From: an uncultured delta proteobacterium
GTDB lineage: Bacteria > Myxococcota > Kuafuiibacteriia > Kuafuiibacteriales > Kuafuiibacteriaceae
Assembly (NCBI GenBank): GCA_963803435.1
Contig: CAWDML010000001.1
Coordinates: 2,208,001 to 2,272,000 of the forward strand
DNA: 64,000 nt
Direction of reading: 5' to 3'
Each line of letters begins with the position of its first letter. Within the stretch, counting starts at the first letter, position 1. The notes under the pieces are model-generated. The model was given only the letters and a program-made list of their open reading frames with translations. It made no database searches and was not told where the DNA came from. Below are positions 1 through 11,673 of the stretch, piece after piece. Made by a program: the position numbers and the translations under genes.

Positions 1-483
1 AGCGAGCGTCGCCAGCATCACGTCGGTCGCCTGAGCGGCCGCCTCCGCGTGGTCGAGCAGCGACGAGATCCTCTGCGCGAGCGGCGCATAGTCCCGCACC
101 AGGTACGAGTTCACGTCGAAGAGGCCAGCGTAGCTGAGGATCTTTTTGTGCCGCTCGAGGGTCCCGAGCGCGAAGATCGTCGACTGCGCGTCGAGCCGCG
201 TGAGCTGGACGTCGAGGCGGATCGGGTCCTCGAGACGGGAGAGATCCACGTCGTCGGTCGCCTCCAGGTAGGCCTTCGCCCGCTCGATCGATCGCACCGC
301 CGATGCGTCACCCAGCTCGGGGATCTTGCCGTCGTACGCGTGGAGGCCCATCTCGCGAGCGTGACCCGGGTTCTCCGCCAGGCTCCCGTCGACGTACTGC
401 GCCACCATGGTCTCGACGTTCGTCGATCGGTTCTGAGTCGCGCAGCCCGCGAGCAGGAGCGCGGTGAGGATCGCTCTTCGCAT
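1..483 (-). CDS. Lipoprotein, DUF885-like (runs off window edge)
   Basis: Not in ORF track; manual translation MRRAILTALLLAGCATQNRST...PGHAREMGLHAYDGKIPE; lipobox LAGC, GGAGG RBS upstream. Confidence 0.6.
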   Translation of the reverse strand, partial: MRRAILTALLLAGCATQNRSTNVETMVAQYVDGSLAENPGHAREMGLHAYDGKIPELGDASAVRSIERAKAYLEATDDVDLSRLEDPIRLDVQLTRLDAQSTIFALGTLERHKKILSYAGLFDVNSYLVRDYAPLAQRISSLLDHAEAAAQATDVMLATLA

Positions 484-537
484 CGCCTCCCAGATAGCAC
501 ATTGCCGCCGCTTCCGGGGTCGCGTACGTTGCTTGGG

Positions 538-881
538 ATGGCCGCGTCCGATCGCCGCCGCTCCCCCCGACATCTGCTGGGCCAATCGGCGGAGATCCAT
601 CTGGGACCCACCACCGTCCTCGGGATCGTGCAGGACGTCTCGGCCCACGGAATGGGCCTCGTGGTCCAGGGCGACGTCCCCGTCACGGTGGGAGCCCTCA
701 TCTGGGTGGTCGTGGAGAGCGTCGCGCCCTATGCGATTACCGGGACGATCCGCCGCGTGTCGCGGGCGGGTGAGATCGGCGTCGAGTTCGAGGAGATCCT
801 GGACGGCGATGCGCTCGACCGGATCGAGAGCCTGCCGCTGGTAGACCCCGAGCAGTACCATCGGATGGAAGATCGCTCGTC

Positions 882-885
<4 letters not shown>
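538..885 (+). CDS. Stand-alone PilZ domain protein
   Basis: RRRSPR (RxxxR) and DVSAHG (DxSxxG) c-di-GMP motifs, GVEF C-terminal strand; ATG at 538 inside ORF 49..885. Confidence 0.8.
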
Positions 886-1780
<895 letters not shown>

Positions 1781-1784
<4 letters not shown>

Positions 1785-3115
1785 GATCCTCCCCCGGTCG
1801 CTCGTGGGGCGTGCCAATCCCCTTCGCGCTGGCCGCGGCCTGCTCGGTCCCCGAGACGGCCTGGCTGGCGCCTCCCGAGATCGGCCAGGCCGACCGTACC
1901 GCGATCCTCATCGTGGACCAGAGCGGCGAGGTCTCGGCCCACGCCTTTGCGCTCGACGGAGAGATCCGGCTCCGACCACCCCTCGCACTCGAGGGCTATG
2001 CAGACGTGGTGCTGGTGTTGCTGGACGTGCCGGTCACCGCGCTCGGCATCGAGGCGGGCCCCCTCGTCTATCCAGGCGTCGGCGAGGCGCTGCCTCCGGC
2101 GTCCGCGATCTTCAGCTCTCGTCTCGCGCACGGCAGCCTCACCCCCTGGCAGGAGGAGGACGTCAATCCTGCGCTGGTCACGCAGCTCAGGCTCCCCGGT
2201 CCCGGCGTCGATCCATGTCGACCGCTCGAGGTGAGCGTGACGCATCTGGGCGTGAACGCGCCGCCGCTCTTCCTCCAGCCGCTCGACGATCGAACGGTGC
2301 TCGTGGGCCTCGACACTGGTGAGGTCTTCAGCGTGACCGCGACCGCCGCGATCCCGCTCACGTTGGAACCCGAGCAGGTGCTCACGGCCGCGTACCGCGA
2401 CGAGCGCGGCCAGCTGTGGGTGTCGACGCGCTCGGCCGAGCCAGCGCGCGTGTGGCGCGCGACGCTGGAGGTCGATCGGCTGATGCTCGCTCCGATCACC
2501 ACTGCGACGGATGGCCCCGAGCTGAGCGCGCTCGCCGTGGAGGACGACGGCGCCCGCGTGCTCGGCCTCTCCAAGACCGAGCTGGTGGAGCATCGCGACG
2601 GACGCTGGCGGTCGGCGGCGACGTTCGGGCGGGGCTCGCAGATCGGCGGTATGGCGCGGGACAATCGCGGCGACTGGATCGCGGTGGTCCAGCGAGCCAC
2701 CGACATCGTCCGTCTCTCGCCCGACGGCGTCGCATCGCTGGAGCAGATCCCCGGCGCCGGCGCCGTCACCGCGGTCGCGTTGCTCGAAGGCCACGGCGTC
2801 ACCGTCGGCAGCAACGATGGCGGTCTGTACTCCGAGGCCGAGCTCGGCTGGGTCTCGTTCGCGGACGTCGGTGTGGAAGCCGCGGTGCAATCGTTGGTCG
2901 CGCTCCCCGAGGGACTGCTGGTCGGCTCCCGCAACGGCTTCGGCGTTCACTGGGACGCGGGCCGCGGCCGATGCCCGGACCAGCTCCTCCTGAGCACGGT
3001 GAAGGATCTGACCGGCGCGGTACCGCTCGCCGGCGGGGCGGCGCTGGCGCCGCTGCGCACCTGGACCCCCGAAGACGGCGACGCGCCCGTGGTCTTCGTG
3101 CAACCGACCAGATGA
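1781..3115 (+). CDS. Hypothetical lipoprotein with probable beta-propeller region
   Basis: GTG overlaps upstream stop; LAAAC lipobox-like; repeated short beta-strand units. Confidence 0.55.
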
Positions 3116-4323
3116 GGTCCGTTCCTGGTGCGGCCCATCAGAATTCCGTGGTCTTCTCAGCGCTGCACGATGAAGCTCGAACGATGATCGGTGGCACCCG
3201 CCTTGCGGGCGACGGGCGCGTGCAGCAATCGCTGATCGTCGGGCTCGCTCTGTGTAGCTGGTGGGGATGCACCGCGCCCGAGCCGGACCCCGGAGGTGGA
3301 GACGCAGCCACAGCGGACGCCGGGACCCACGACGCGGGGAGTGATCCCGGCCCGTGTCCGCCGGGCTCGACGCGCATGCAGTACTCGCTCACGCCCGTGG
3401 ACCCGCTCCCCTCGGTCTCGATGCTCGTGCTCCCGCACCCGCTCCCCAGCACGGAGATCGTGGCCGCCGGAACCGGCGGCGCCTTCAGCGCCCGCTTCGA
3501 TGTCTGCGACGACGGCGGCGGCGCCAAGCTGAGGGCGCTCCTCGTCACCGCCGGTGCGCTGGAAGCCCCCAGCCTCTATCGATGGGACGACACCATCGAC
3601 ACGCCCGTGGAGCGCGTGGTGGAGGTCGACGAGGGCTTCGTGTTCGAGCACAGGCTTCCGCCCAGCGCCTTCTCGGTGACGGGGCTCGAGGCCGCCCTCG
3701 CCGGGGACCTGGCCGCGCTGAAGGTCCGGCTCATCAGCGAGTCCGGCCTGCTGATCGTGGGACAGGAAGGATTCCTGGCGCTCGCATCCGGGAGGGTCGG
3801 CGCCGACTCGATCGAGTACACCTCCATCTTCGTGGTGGTCGGCGGTCTCGCACCTGGGGACGTGTTCGCGAACCTCGAGTGTGGCTTCAGCGAGCAACCG
3901 CTCGCGACCTCATTTACCATGGCGACCGCGGTGTTCGACGTCCAGGCATGCGCGTTCCTCGGCGAGGGAGAGACCACGGGATACCGGATCACGAGCTTCG
4001 CCGTACAGGACTCGAGCAGCGAGCTTTCGGAGACGGAGCGCCAGCGCCAGCAGTTCACGGGCGAGGCGGAGGTCGAGAGCGTCCTCGACTACGTCTACAA
4101 CCACCACAACGCCTGCGACTCGTTCCATCTCGCGCTCCCGGGCGCGGACTACGCGGCCACCACCTCACCGCTGGCGGGCTGCGGCAACGCGGTTCCGGAC
4201 GCTCCCCAGCGAAACTTCAACGAGGACCCGACCAGCCCGGTGAAGTTTCGAATCCGCTACCACGGCGGAGCGTGGATGGAGGGCGAGATGACCGGATGCA
4301 CGCACTACCTGTTCTGCAACTGA
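3112..4323 (+). CDS. Hypothetical exported/lipoprotein (start may be 3220)
   Basis: ATGA overlap; signal-like LIVGLALCSWWGC then DAG-rich linker typical of myxobacterial lipoproteins. Confidence 0.55.
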   Translation: MRSVPGAAHQNSVVFSALHDEARTMIGGTRLAGDGRVQQSLIVGLALCSWWGCTAPEPDPGGGDAATADAGTHDAGSDPGPCPPGSTRMQYSLTPVDPLPSVSMLVLPHPLPSTEIVAAGTGGAFSARFDVCDDGGGAKLRALLVTAGALEAPSLYRWDDTIDTPVERVVEVDEGFVFEHRLPPSAFSVTGLEAALAGDLAALKVRLISESGLLIVGQEGFLALASGRVGADSIEYTSIFVVVGGLAPGDVFANLECGFSEQPLATSFTMATAVFDVQACAFLGEGETTGYRITSFAVQDSSSELSETERQRQQFTGEAEVESVLDYVYNHHNACDSFHLALPGADYAATTSPLAGCGNAVPDAPQRNFNEDPTSPVKFRIRYHGGAWMEGEMTGCTHYLFCN

Positions 4324-4330
4324 CCGTCAC

Positions 4331-4569
4331 ACGCGTCCGGAGAAGTGATCGTAGCTGCTCACCAGCGAGATGAAGCAACGCCAAGTAGTGCGGCCGTCGA
4401 CAACCCACGCGAGCCGTGGAGAACAACGCCCTCGAGCGTCTGCGGCACGAGCCACTTGTCGTGAACGTTCGCGCCCGAGATCTTCTCCGCTGCCAGCGGG
4501 ACACCGCGCCCATCCGTGAGGATATGCCGCTTCACGCCGGACTTGGCGCGATCGGTGGGATTGGGACCC
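4331..4569 (-). pseudogene. IS5-family transposase fragment (inverted copy)
   Basis: Manual translation GPNPTDRAKSGVKRHILTDGRGVPLAAEKISGANVHDKW...WVV...HYLALLHLA, homologous to the + strand copy at about 5040-5370. Confidence 0.75.
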
Positions 4570-4574
4570 TCTGA

Positions 4575-5400
4575 GAGCCGGTCCGAAAACCTCCGGACCG
4601 TTCCGCGCTTCCTGTTTCGCTCGTTCTGCTCATTCGCTATTCAAAGCGGCCGTTGTTGCATCGTGCTCGATCGAGTGTTCTGCAGAGTCGATGCAGGCAA
4701 GATTCGCAAGTCTTCCGGACGCCCTGTGGAAACGCATTGAGCCGTGACTCCCGAAGCGAGGTCCAAGGCCGCGGGGAGGTCGCCCGCGGGTTGCGGATCG
4801 CGTCGTGATGGCAGGTATCGTCTATCGCCTTCGGACAGGGGTGCCAGTGGAAGGCCCTGCCGCGCGAGTTCAGCTCCGGTTCGACGTGCCACAGTCGATT
4901 CGCGGCATGGTGCGCAGCAGGGATCTTCACCGCGATCTTCGCTGAGCTGCTGCGGTACTACGACAGGAGGCGCGGCATACAGTGGAAGTGGACTTCACTC
5001 GACAGCGCGATCGTCAAGGCTCCAAAAGGGGACCTGACCGGTCCGAACCCGACGGATCGAGCCAAGCGAGGCGTGAAGCGTCACGTGCTCACGACACTCA
5101 CGGATGGTCGTGGTGTTCCGTTGGCGGTCGAGATCTCAGGCGCGAACGTGCACGACAAGTGGCGGGTGGAGCAGACGCTCGACGGCGTCGTCCTACGGGG
5201 CTCCCGCGGTCTGCACTCGCTGGCTGTGTCCGCGGTAGGCCGCAGCGCTGGGTTGTCGAGCGCACGAACGCTTGGCACAACCAGTTCCGCGCATGACTCG
5301 TGCGGTGGGAACGAACGGGATCGCGGTATCTCGGGCTGGTTCATCTTGCGTGCGCGATCATCGCGTTCCAGCAGGCTCGATGACTTCCCTGATCGAGCCT
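4575..5400 (+). mobile_element. Degenerate IS5-family element (transposase pseudogene about 4691-5383)
   Basis: LPDALWKRIEP*LP..GGRPR..GIVYRLRTG/CQWKALPREF..STCHSRF..W; LDSAIVKAPKG with AAAAGGGG frameshift site; GVKRHVL..DGRGVPL; RWVVERTNAW; in-frame stops and internal deletion; putative left end GAGCCGGTCCGAAAA. Confidence 0.8.
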
Positions 5401-5553
5401 TCGCCGTCTTGATGGAGCTCGTCAGAATCGCAGAGAGTTCGTTGGCCTCTCGGATCAGCGAAGCGATCTCCGCTCCCTGCATCAGCTCCGGATCGGCAAG
5501 ACGCAACCAGTACAGCGACTCGCGGATCGTTCTGCGATGTCATCGCCCTTCAT
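5392..5553 (-). pseudogene. Four-helix bundle (Avd/23S rRNA IVP-like) gene relic
   Basis: ATG MKGDDIAER joined by a deletion to RESLYWLRLA..LIREANELSAILTSSIKTAK, which matches the ExxYWL..L..E..EL..IL C-terminal pattern of the family. Confidence 0.65.
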
Positions 5554-5583
5554 CGCCGGATCGAACAGCGAATGACAGAACGA

Positions 5584-6845
5584 GTCGAGTAGACCCCAGC
5601 CCGCCGTACCAGACGCACGGGCCAGCAGCCCCTCCTCAAACCGTACGTGCAGGTTTCCTGCATACGGCTTCCCTTGTCTTTCACCGCACAGACCTTGGAG
5701 TTGCTGACTTGAAAGCCCGAGGCGACCACCAGCGTTCAAGCCCATGCTTGCGCCAGAGGGCGTCCTCTTGCACGAGCGACCATGCAGGCCGGGGCGCGTT
5801 GTGCTTCCGCGCCCACCACCGCGCAATACGCTGCGCTATGTAATGATCCAGCTTGGCTTTCGTCCGTTGCCGGATCCGTCCGAAGTATCCCCTTGCTCCG
5901 CGGATGTAGCTGTTGAGTTGCCCGATTTCTTCTTCGAGGCTCAACGAGGTCCACCTTGTCCGCCGGCGGAGTTGGTCGTGTACGCGGTCGCGCGCCTTCC
6001 GCGACATTTCCAACCGCATTCGTCCGTTCCGCCATCGGACCTCGTGTCCGAGGAAAGCAAAGCCGTCCGACGCGTGCGTCACGCGAGTTTTCTCCGGATG
6101 AAGCGATAGCCCCAAGCGGCCCAACAGGGTCTTGATCCAGGACAATTCGCGATCCGGTCGGCGTCGTGTGAGCACGACGAGGTGAGTCGCCCGGGGGAGT
6201 CTCACCCCCGGGCGCTCGCAGAACCGTACGTGAACCTCTCAGCTCATACGGCTCCCCTCATCCAGCCGCAGGTCGAATTCCCAGCAGATCCCAGTGAGCG
6301 AAGAGCTTCGGATCACGGCGCGCAATGCGTCCGATCCAGTACTCGGCTCGCCGGTGATGGTGCCTCAACCTCATACGGCTTTGCTTCCTTCGCGCGGTTC
6401 CTCCCGATCTTCGGTTGACCGCCAATCGAAGCTGAATGACGCGACCCCTTCGGTCCCTCCGCTTTCGCGGAGCTCATCCCTAGGTCGGGCCCGGGCGCGC
6501 CTCGGTTGGCTCTTGCCAACGCGTAGGCATGCGCCAGGATGTCCGGACGGTAGACCTTGTCGTAGAGCGCGTAGAAGCGGAACTTCGGCTCCTTCTTGGC
6601 CCGTCGGTACAGCGCCCTTTGCAGCTCCCGGATCTTCGAAGGAGTTTCTAGCGTCATCGCAATCCCCCGTCCTTCGCGGCAATGGGTGGCATCGACAAGT
6701 AGAGCCCCTTCCCTCCAGCGGTTTTCACTGCCTTCTCAGGTACTACGGACTCGTCCGACTCCTCGCCGGCCCGCGCGCCTCGGCTTGCGGCCTTGTGCGT
6801 GCGCTGCGGTGGCCATCCGCGCCGGTCGAGGTCTCCCGCGTTCAA
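5584..6845 (-). mobile_element. Group II intron relic (outer); 5' end and most of the RT deleted
   Basis: D5 GAAGCCGTATGCAGGAAACCTGCACGTACGGTTTG at about 5637-5671, D6 ending CTACTCGAC at 5584; IEP N-terminus 6657-6490 ([26 protein letters not shown]); RT end and X domain 6181-5681 (LGLSLHPEKTR, GFAFLG, LNSYIRGARGYF); D2/D3-like GTAGTACC..GGAGGGAAGGGG at about 6700-6760. Confidence 0.85.
6182..6490 (-). mobile_element. Nested group II intron relic (inner, class D-like), ORF almost fully deleted
   Basis: Second D5 GGAGCCGTATGAGCTGAGAGGTTCACGTACGGTTCTG, D6 hairpin CGCCCGGGGGTGAGACTCCCCCGGGCG, ends GACTCAC at 6182; IEP start EAKPYE joined to C-terminus ..[16 protein letters not shown]. Confidence 0.8.
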
Positions 6846-6858
6846 CGTCTTCCTTTCT

Positions 6859-8127
<1,269 letters not shown>

Positions 8128-8141
8128 GGGATGCTCCTGTC

Positions 8142-8186
8142 GCTGGCCCTGCTGGTGTTACGGAAGCACACCCCAGCAGGCCCAGC
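8142..8186 (-). promoter_or_regulatory. GC-rich hairpin in aspS leader immediately 5' of the RBS
   Basis: GCTGG-C-CCTGCTGG...CCAGCAGG-C-CCAGC stem of about 13 bp next to ACAGGAG RBS. Confidence 0.4.
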
Positions 8187-8319
8187 TGCCGTCAGGTGCG
8201 TTCCCGCAGATCTCCATCCTCGCTGGAGTGCATGACCCCTCGATAATCGAAGGCGCGCCGAAGAGTCAAACCGGCGCCGCGCTGGCGCGAGCTCGGCACG
8301 CCTGCGACACTCGCGCGCG

Positions 8320-8997
8320 ATGCGGGCCTACGGCTGGCTCCTCCTCGCCTGCGCCTCCTGTCGGGCACACGAGGTGACCGTCGAGGACCTCGCCCCCGAC
8401 GGTGACGCTCTCACTCGCGTCGAGCTCGGGACGATCCAGCGGATCGCGGATACCACGGCTTTGGAGGTGAGGCGGCTCTTGCCGCAGCTCCCGTCGCCGC
8501 TGGTCCTCCGGGTCGGGACCGGCCACCACGTGATCGCGGAGACGGGAGAGGCGGGCACGACCCTCGGTCCCAACGTCGTGTACTGGACCGTCGATCCCGA
8601 GCGCGGCGTGGTGGAGGTGGCCGAGCACCAGCTGCGCGCGACCCTGTTCCACGAGCTGCACCACCTGGTGCGCGAGCGGACGATCGCTCGCGCGTCGGTC
8701 CTGGACGCCGCGATCACCGAGGGTCTGGCCACCGTGTTCGAGCGCGACTTCGCCGGCGCCCGCGTGCCGTGGGGCGAGTACCCTCCCGACGTCTCGGCGT
8801 GGGTCGACGAGATACGCGCGCTGCCGCCCGACGCACCGCACGATCGATGGATGTTCACGCACCCCGACGGCCGGCGATGGATCGCCTTCAAGGTCGGAAC
8901 CTACCTGGTCGATCGCGCGATCGCCGCCACCCGAAGATCCTGCGCCGCGCTGGTCTCCACCCCCACTGCGGACATCGTATCGATGGCCGGGCGGTAG
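8320..8997 (+). CDS. Zn-dependent protease, DUF2268-like
   Basis: HELHH followed by EGLATVFE; N-terminal signal/lipobox. Confidence 0.75.
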   Translation: MRAYGWLLLACASCRAHEVTVEDLAPDGDALTRVELGTIQRIADTTALEVRRLLPQLPSPLVLRVGTGHHVIAETGEAGTTLGPNVVYWTVDPERGVVEVAEHQLRATLFHELHHLVRERTIARASVLDAAITEGLATVFERDFAGARVPWGEYPPDVSAWVDEIRALPPDAPHDRWMFTHPDGRRWIAFKVGTYLVDRAIAATRRSCAALVSTPTADIVSMAGR

Positions 8998-9128
8998 GCG
9001 TTCGAGAACGGCGCCGGGCTCGCTGCCCGCGACTCCCGCGCGGACCGTGCAACGAGCCGCTCGCGCTCACGAGCTTCGGACCCTTGAGCTCGAGGAACGG
9101 CGGCACCTCGGTTGCATGCGCTCAACAC

Positions 9129-9725
9129 ATGGATCCCAGGCCGAATCATCCAATCTTGAGAGCCGAGATAGCCGGCGTGCTCCACCGATGGCCGTGGCTG
9201 CTGGCGCTCGGCCTGTTCATGATCCTCGTCGGCGCATTTGCGCTCACCTCCGCGATCGCCGCGACGGTCGCCTCAGTGGTCTTCATCGGTAGCCTGCTCA
9301 TCATCGCCGGCATCGCTCATGTTGCGCTGGCGCTGTCCTCGCGCGGCTGGAGGGGGCGAGGCCTCTACCTCCTGAGCGGAGTTCTCGCGATCGTCACCGG
9401 CTTCGTGCTGGTCGCGAGACCGGGGATCGGAGCGGAGGTGCTCACGCTCGTGGTGGGCCTCCTCTTCCTCGTCGGCGGATCGATGCGCATCGTCTCCGCA
9501 GTGGCAGATCGCTTCCCCAGCTGGGGATGGTCGCTGGCGAGCGGAATCCTTGCCGCCGTGCTGGGCCTCCTCGTCATCGCGAGCTGGCCCCTGTCGGGGA
9601 CCTGGTTCCTCGGGATGTACCTCGGATTCGATTTCATCTTCAGCGGTGTCACCTGGGTGGCGTTGAGCCTGGCGCTTCGCCGGCTCGCGACGCCTGCGGC
9701 TCGGCTTCATCCGACCCCGGTCTGA
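9129..9725 (+). CDS. HdeD/DUF308 family membrane protein
   Basis: About six hydrophobic segments in DUF308-like repeats; WP.S..W.LG..LG.D.IF.G. Confidence 0.8.
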   Translation: MDPRPNHPILRAEIAGVLHRWPWLLALGLFMILVGAFALTSAIAATVASVVFIGSLLIIAGIAHVALALSSRGWRGRGLYLLSGVLAIVTGFVLVARPGIGAEVLTLVVGLLFLVGGSMRIVSAVADRFPSWGWSLASGILAAVLGLLVIASWPLSGTWFLGMYLGFDFIFSGVTWVALSLALRRLATPAARLHPTPV

Positions 9726-9731
9726 GCCGGC

Positions 9732-11018
9732 TCAATTTCCGGGCGGCGCGCAACCCATGAACGTCTGCTCGGTTGGATCGAAGAGCGCCCGGCACACGTA
9801 GTCGGGGGTCCGGCAGTCGCCGGCGCCGGCGCACTCCTTCACGCACAGGCCGTCGAAGTCGAGCGCGCATCGGGATCCGGTGGGGCAGGCGCTGTCGACG
9901 CAAAACGCGGTGCAGTAGCCGCCCGGGAAGGCGGAGACGCAGACGGCCGCAAAGGGCGTACCGTACTCCGCGCAATCGCCGGCGACGGTGCACGGGTCTC
10001 CGATGGCGCCCGACGGTCCCCCGTTACAGTCGGAGTCGCTCGCCATCGTGCACTGCGACGGGCAGCATCCGTCGCCGCCGGCGCAGGCCGTGATCGGAGT
10101 GACGATGCAGTCCGCGTTGCAGGTAGCCGGGCTCCCCACGTAGGTCGCGACCTCGCAGGCGCCGCCGGTGCAGCTGGTCGGGCAGTCGCCGTCGCAGGTC
10201 TCGCCGGGATCGACGGTACCGTTGCCGCACGTGGTCGAGCAGTCGTCGTCCGCGCCGGCACATCCCGCCGGACAGCAGCCGTCGCCGCTCTGACACTGTG
10301 TGATCAATTGCCGTCCGCAAGCGACGTTGCAGGTAGCGGCGCTGCCGGTAAGGATGTCGATGGTGCAGGCGTTGCCGTCGTCGCAGCTCGACGGGCAATC
10401 GCCGTCGCAGGATTCGCCGCTGTCGATCGTCCCGTCGCCGCAAGTGGACGAGCAGTCCGAGTCCATTCCGGCGCAACCGGCCGGGCAGCAGCCGTCTCCC
10501 GCCGTACACGCCGTGATCGGAGTGAAGGTGCAGCTGAAGCTGCAGCTCGAGATCGATCCGATGGCGGCGTCGACAGTGCAGGCCACCCCGTCGTTGCAGC
10601 TGGCAGGGCAGTTGCCGTCGCACGTCTCACCCGGATCGATCACGCCGTCGCCGCAGGTCGCGGAGCAGTCGTCGTCGTTGGCGTTGTCGCAGCCCTCCGG
10701 GCAGCAGCCGTCGCCGTTGGTGCAGTTCTGGATCGGCGTGGACGTGCAGGAGGCGTTGCAGGTGGCAGCGCTCCCGCTGAGCGTGTCGGTCGTGCATGCG
10801 CTCCCATCCGAGCACGCAGCCGGGCAGGCGCCCGCCGCGCCGGCGGCGATCGCCTTGTCGCAGGTCTCACCCGGATCGATGGCCCCGTTGCCGCACTTGT
10901 TTCCCGAGCCGGGCGGACGCGGGTTGCCCGACGGGCGGGATCGGGGAGACGGGCACGCGGTCGCGAGGGCCGTCAGGAGGAGCAGGGGAAGGAGAGAACG
11001 AAGCATTCCGCCCCGCAT
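9732..11018 (-). CDS. Cys-rich repeat lipoprotein
   Basis: LATAC lipobox; four units of about 70 aa beginning CG(N/D)G.ID.GE.CD. Confidence 0.75.
   Translation of the reverse strand: MRGGMLRSLLPLLLLTALATACPSPRSRPSGNPRPPGSGNKCGNGAIDPGETCDKAIAAGAAGACPAACSDGSACTTDTLSGSAATCNASCTSTPIQNCTNGDGCCPEGCDNANDDDCSATCGDGVIDPGETCDGNCPASCNDGVACTVDAAIGSISSCSFSCTFTPITACTAGDGCCPAGCAGMDSDCSSTCGDGTIDSGESCDGDCPSSCDDGNACTIDILTGSAATCNVACGRQLITQCQSGDGCCPAGCAGADDDCSTTCGNGTVDPGETCDGDCPTSCTGGACEVATYVGSPATCNADCIVTPITACAGGDGCCPSQCTMASDSDCNGGPSGAIGDPCTVAGDCAEYGTPFAAVCVSAFPGGYCTAFCVDSACPTGSRCALDFDGLCVKECAGAGDCRTPDYVCRALFDPTEQTFMGCAPPGN
10028..10896 (-). repeat. Four tandem coding repeats of about 210 bp
   Basis: CGxGxxDxGExCD..C..G.AC....GS...C...C....I..C..GDGCCP..C....D.DC repeated four times. 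Confidence 0.8.
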
Positions 11019-11044
11019 ACTACGGCGGCGGGGATGAGATCTGC

Positions 11045-11668
11045 CTACTCTTTCTTGGCCTCGATCGCCTCGTTGTAGGAGGTGTTCTGTACCAGCTCCG
11101 TCAGTCGCGCTGCGAACGTTCGCACCAGATCCGCGCGTCCGCGTTGCTCGGCGTCCTTGAGCGCTCGCCGCGTGGTGAAGAACGCTCGCTCAGAATTCAC
11201 GAAGTACTCGACGGCGAGCAAGGTGGCTTGCAGGGCTGAGGCCGTGATCGAACGGGTGGAAGCCACGAACTCGAAGTCGTCCCCCTTCTCGTTGCCGACC
11301 ACCAGCCGGACCTCGCCGACGGCGTCGGTGTGGGATCGCTGCTGGCTGTCGTCGAGCTTCGCGTCGATCGAGAAGCCGACGAACGTCAGCGTCCGCAGGG
11401 AGAGGTACTCGGGTGAGAGCTGCTGGATCAGCCCGTGGAAGAACGCGTCGACCACGCCGACGCCATCGCCCTTCACGGTGCGCCGGCGGGTGTCGTCTCC
11501 TTCGAGACCCGGCGGCGCGATCGTCGCCTCGACCTTGGTCCGGCCTTTCTGGAGATCCTCCTCGATCACGCACTTCTCGAGGATGAGCTCGAGATAGTCG
11601 TCGCGCAGGACCTCGCGCATCAGACGTTCGCTTCTTTCCTGAGTCTCCTTCACGTCACCCGAGATCAT
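11045..11668 (-). CDS. Stand-alone LeuA allosteric (regulatory) domain-like protein
   Basis: G.G.GVVDAFF.GL, L..FSI, TDA.GEV.L.V, SITASALQA pattern; no catalytic domain. Confidence 0.55.
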   Translation of the reverse strand: MISGDVKETQERSERLMREVLRDDYLELILEKCVIEEDLQKGRTKVEATIAPPGLEGDDTRRRTVKGDGVGVVDAFFHGLIQQLSPEYLSLRTLTFVGFSIDAKLDDSQQRSHTDAVGEVRLVVGNEKGDDFEFVASTRSITASALQATLLAVEYFVNSERAFFTTRRALKDAEQRGRADLVRTFAARLTELVQNTSYNEAIEAKKE

Positions 11669-11673
11669 GAGCG

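Noticed and set aside
5392-6845. Diversity-generating retroelement (Avd-like gene next to an RT)
   Set aside because: The RT pieces are flanked by group II intron D5/D6 and include a maturase X domain; no TR/VR pair differing at adenines was seen
8128-8260. T-box riboswitch upstream of aspS
   Set aside because: No UGGNACC antiterminator bulge or stem I motifs; leader is short
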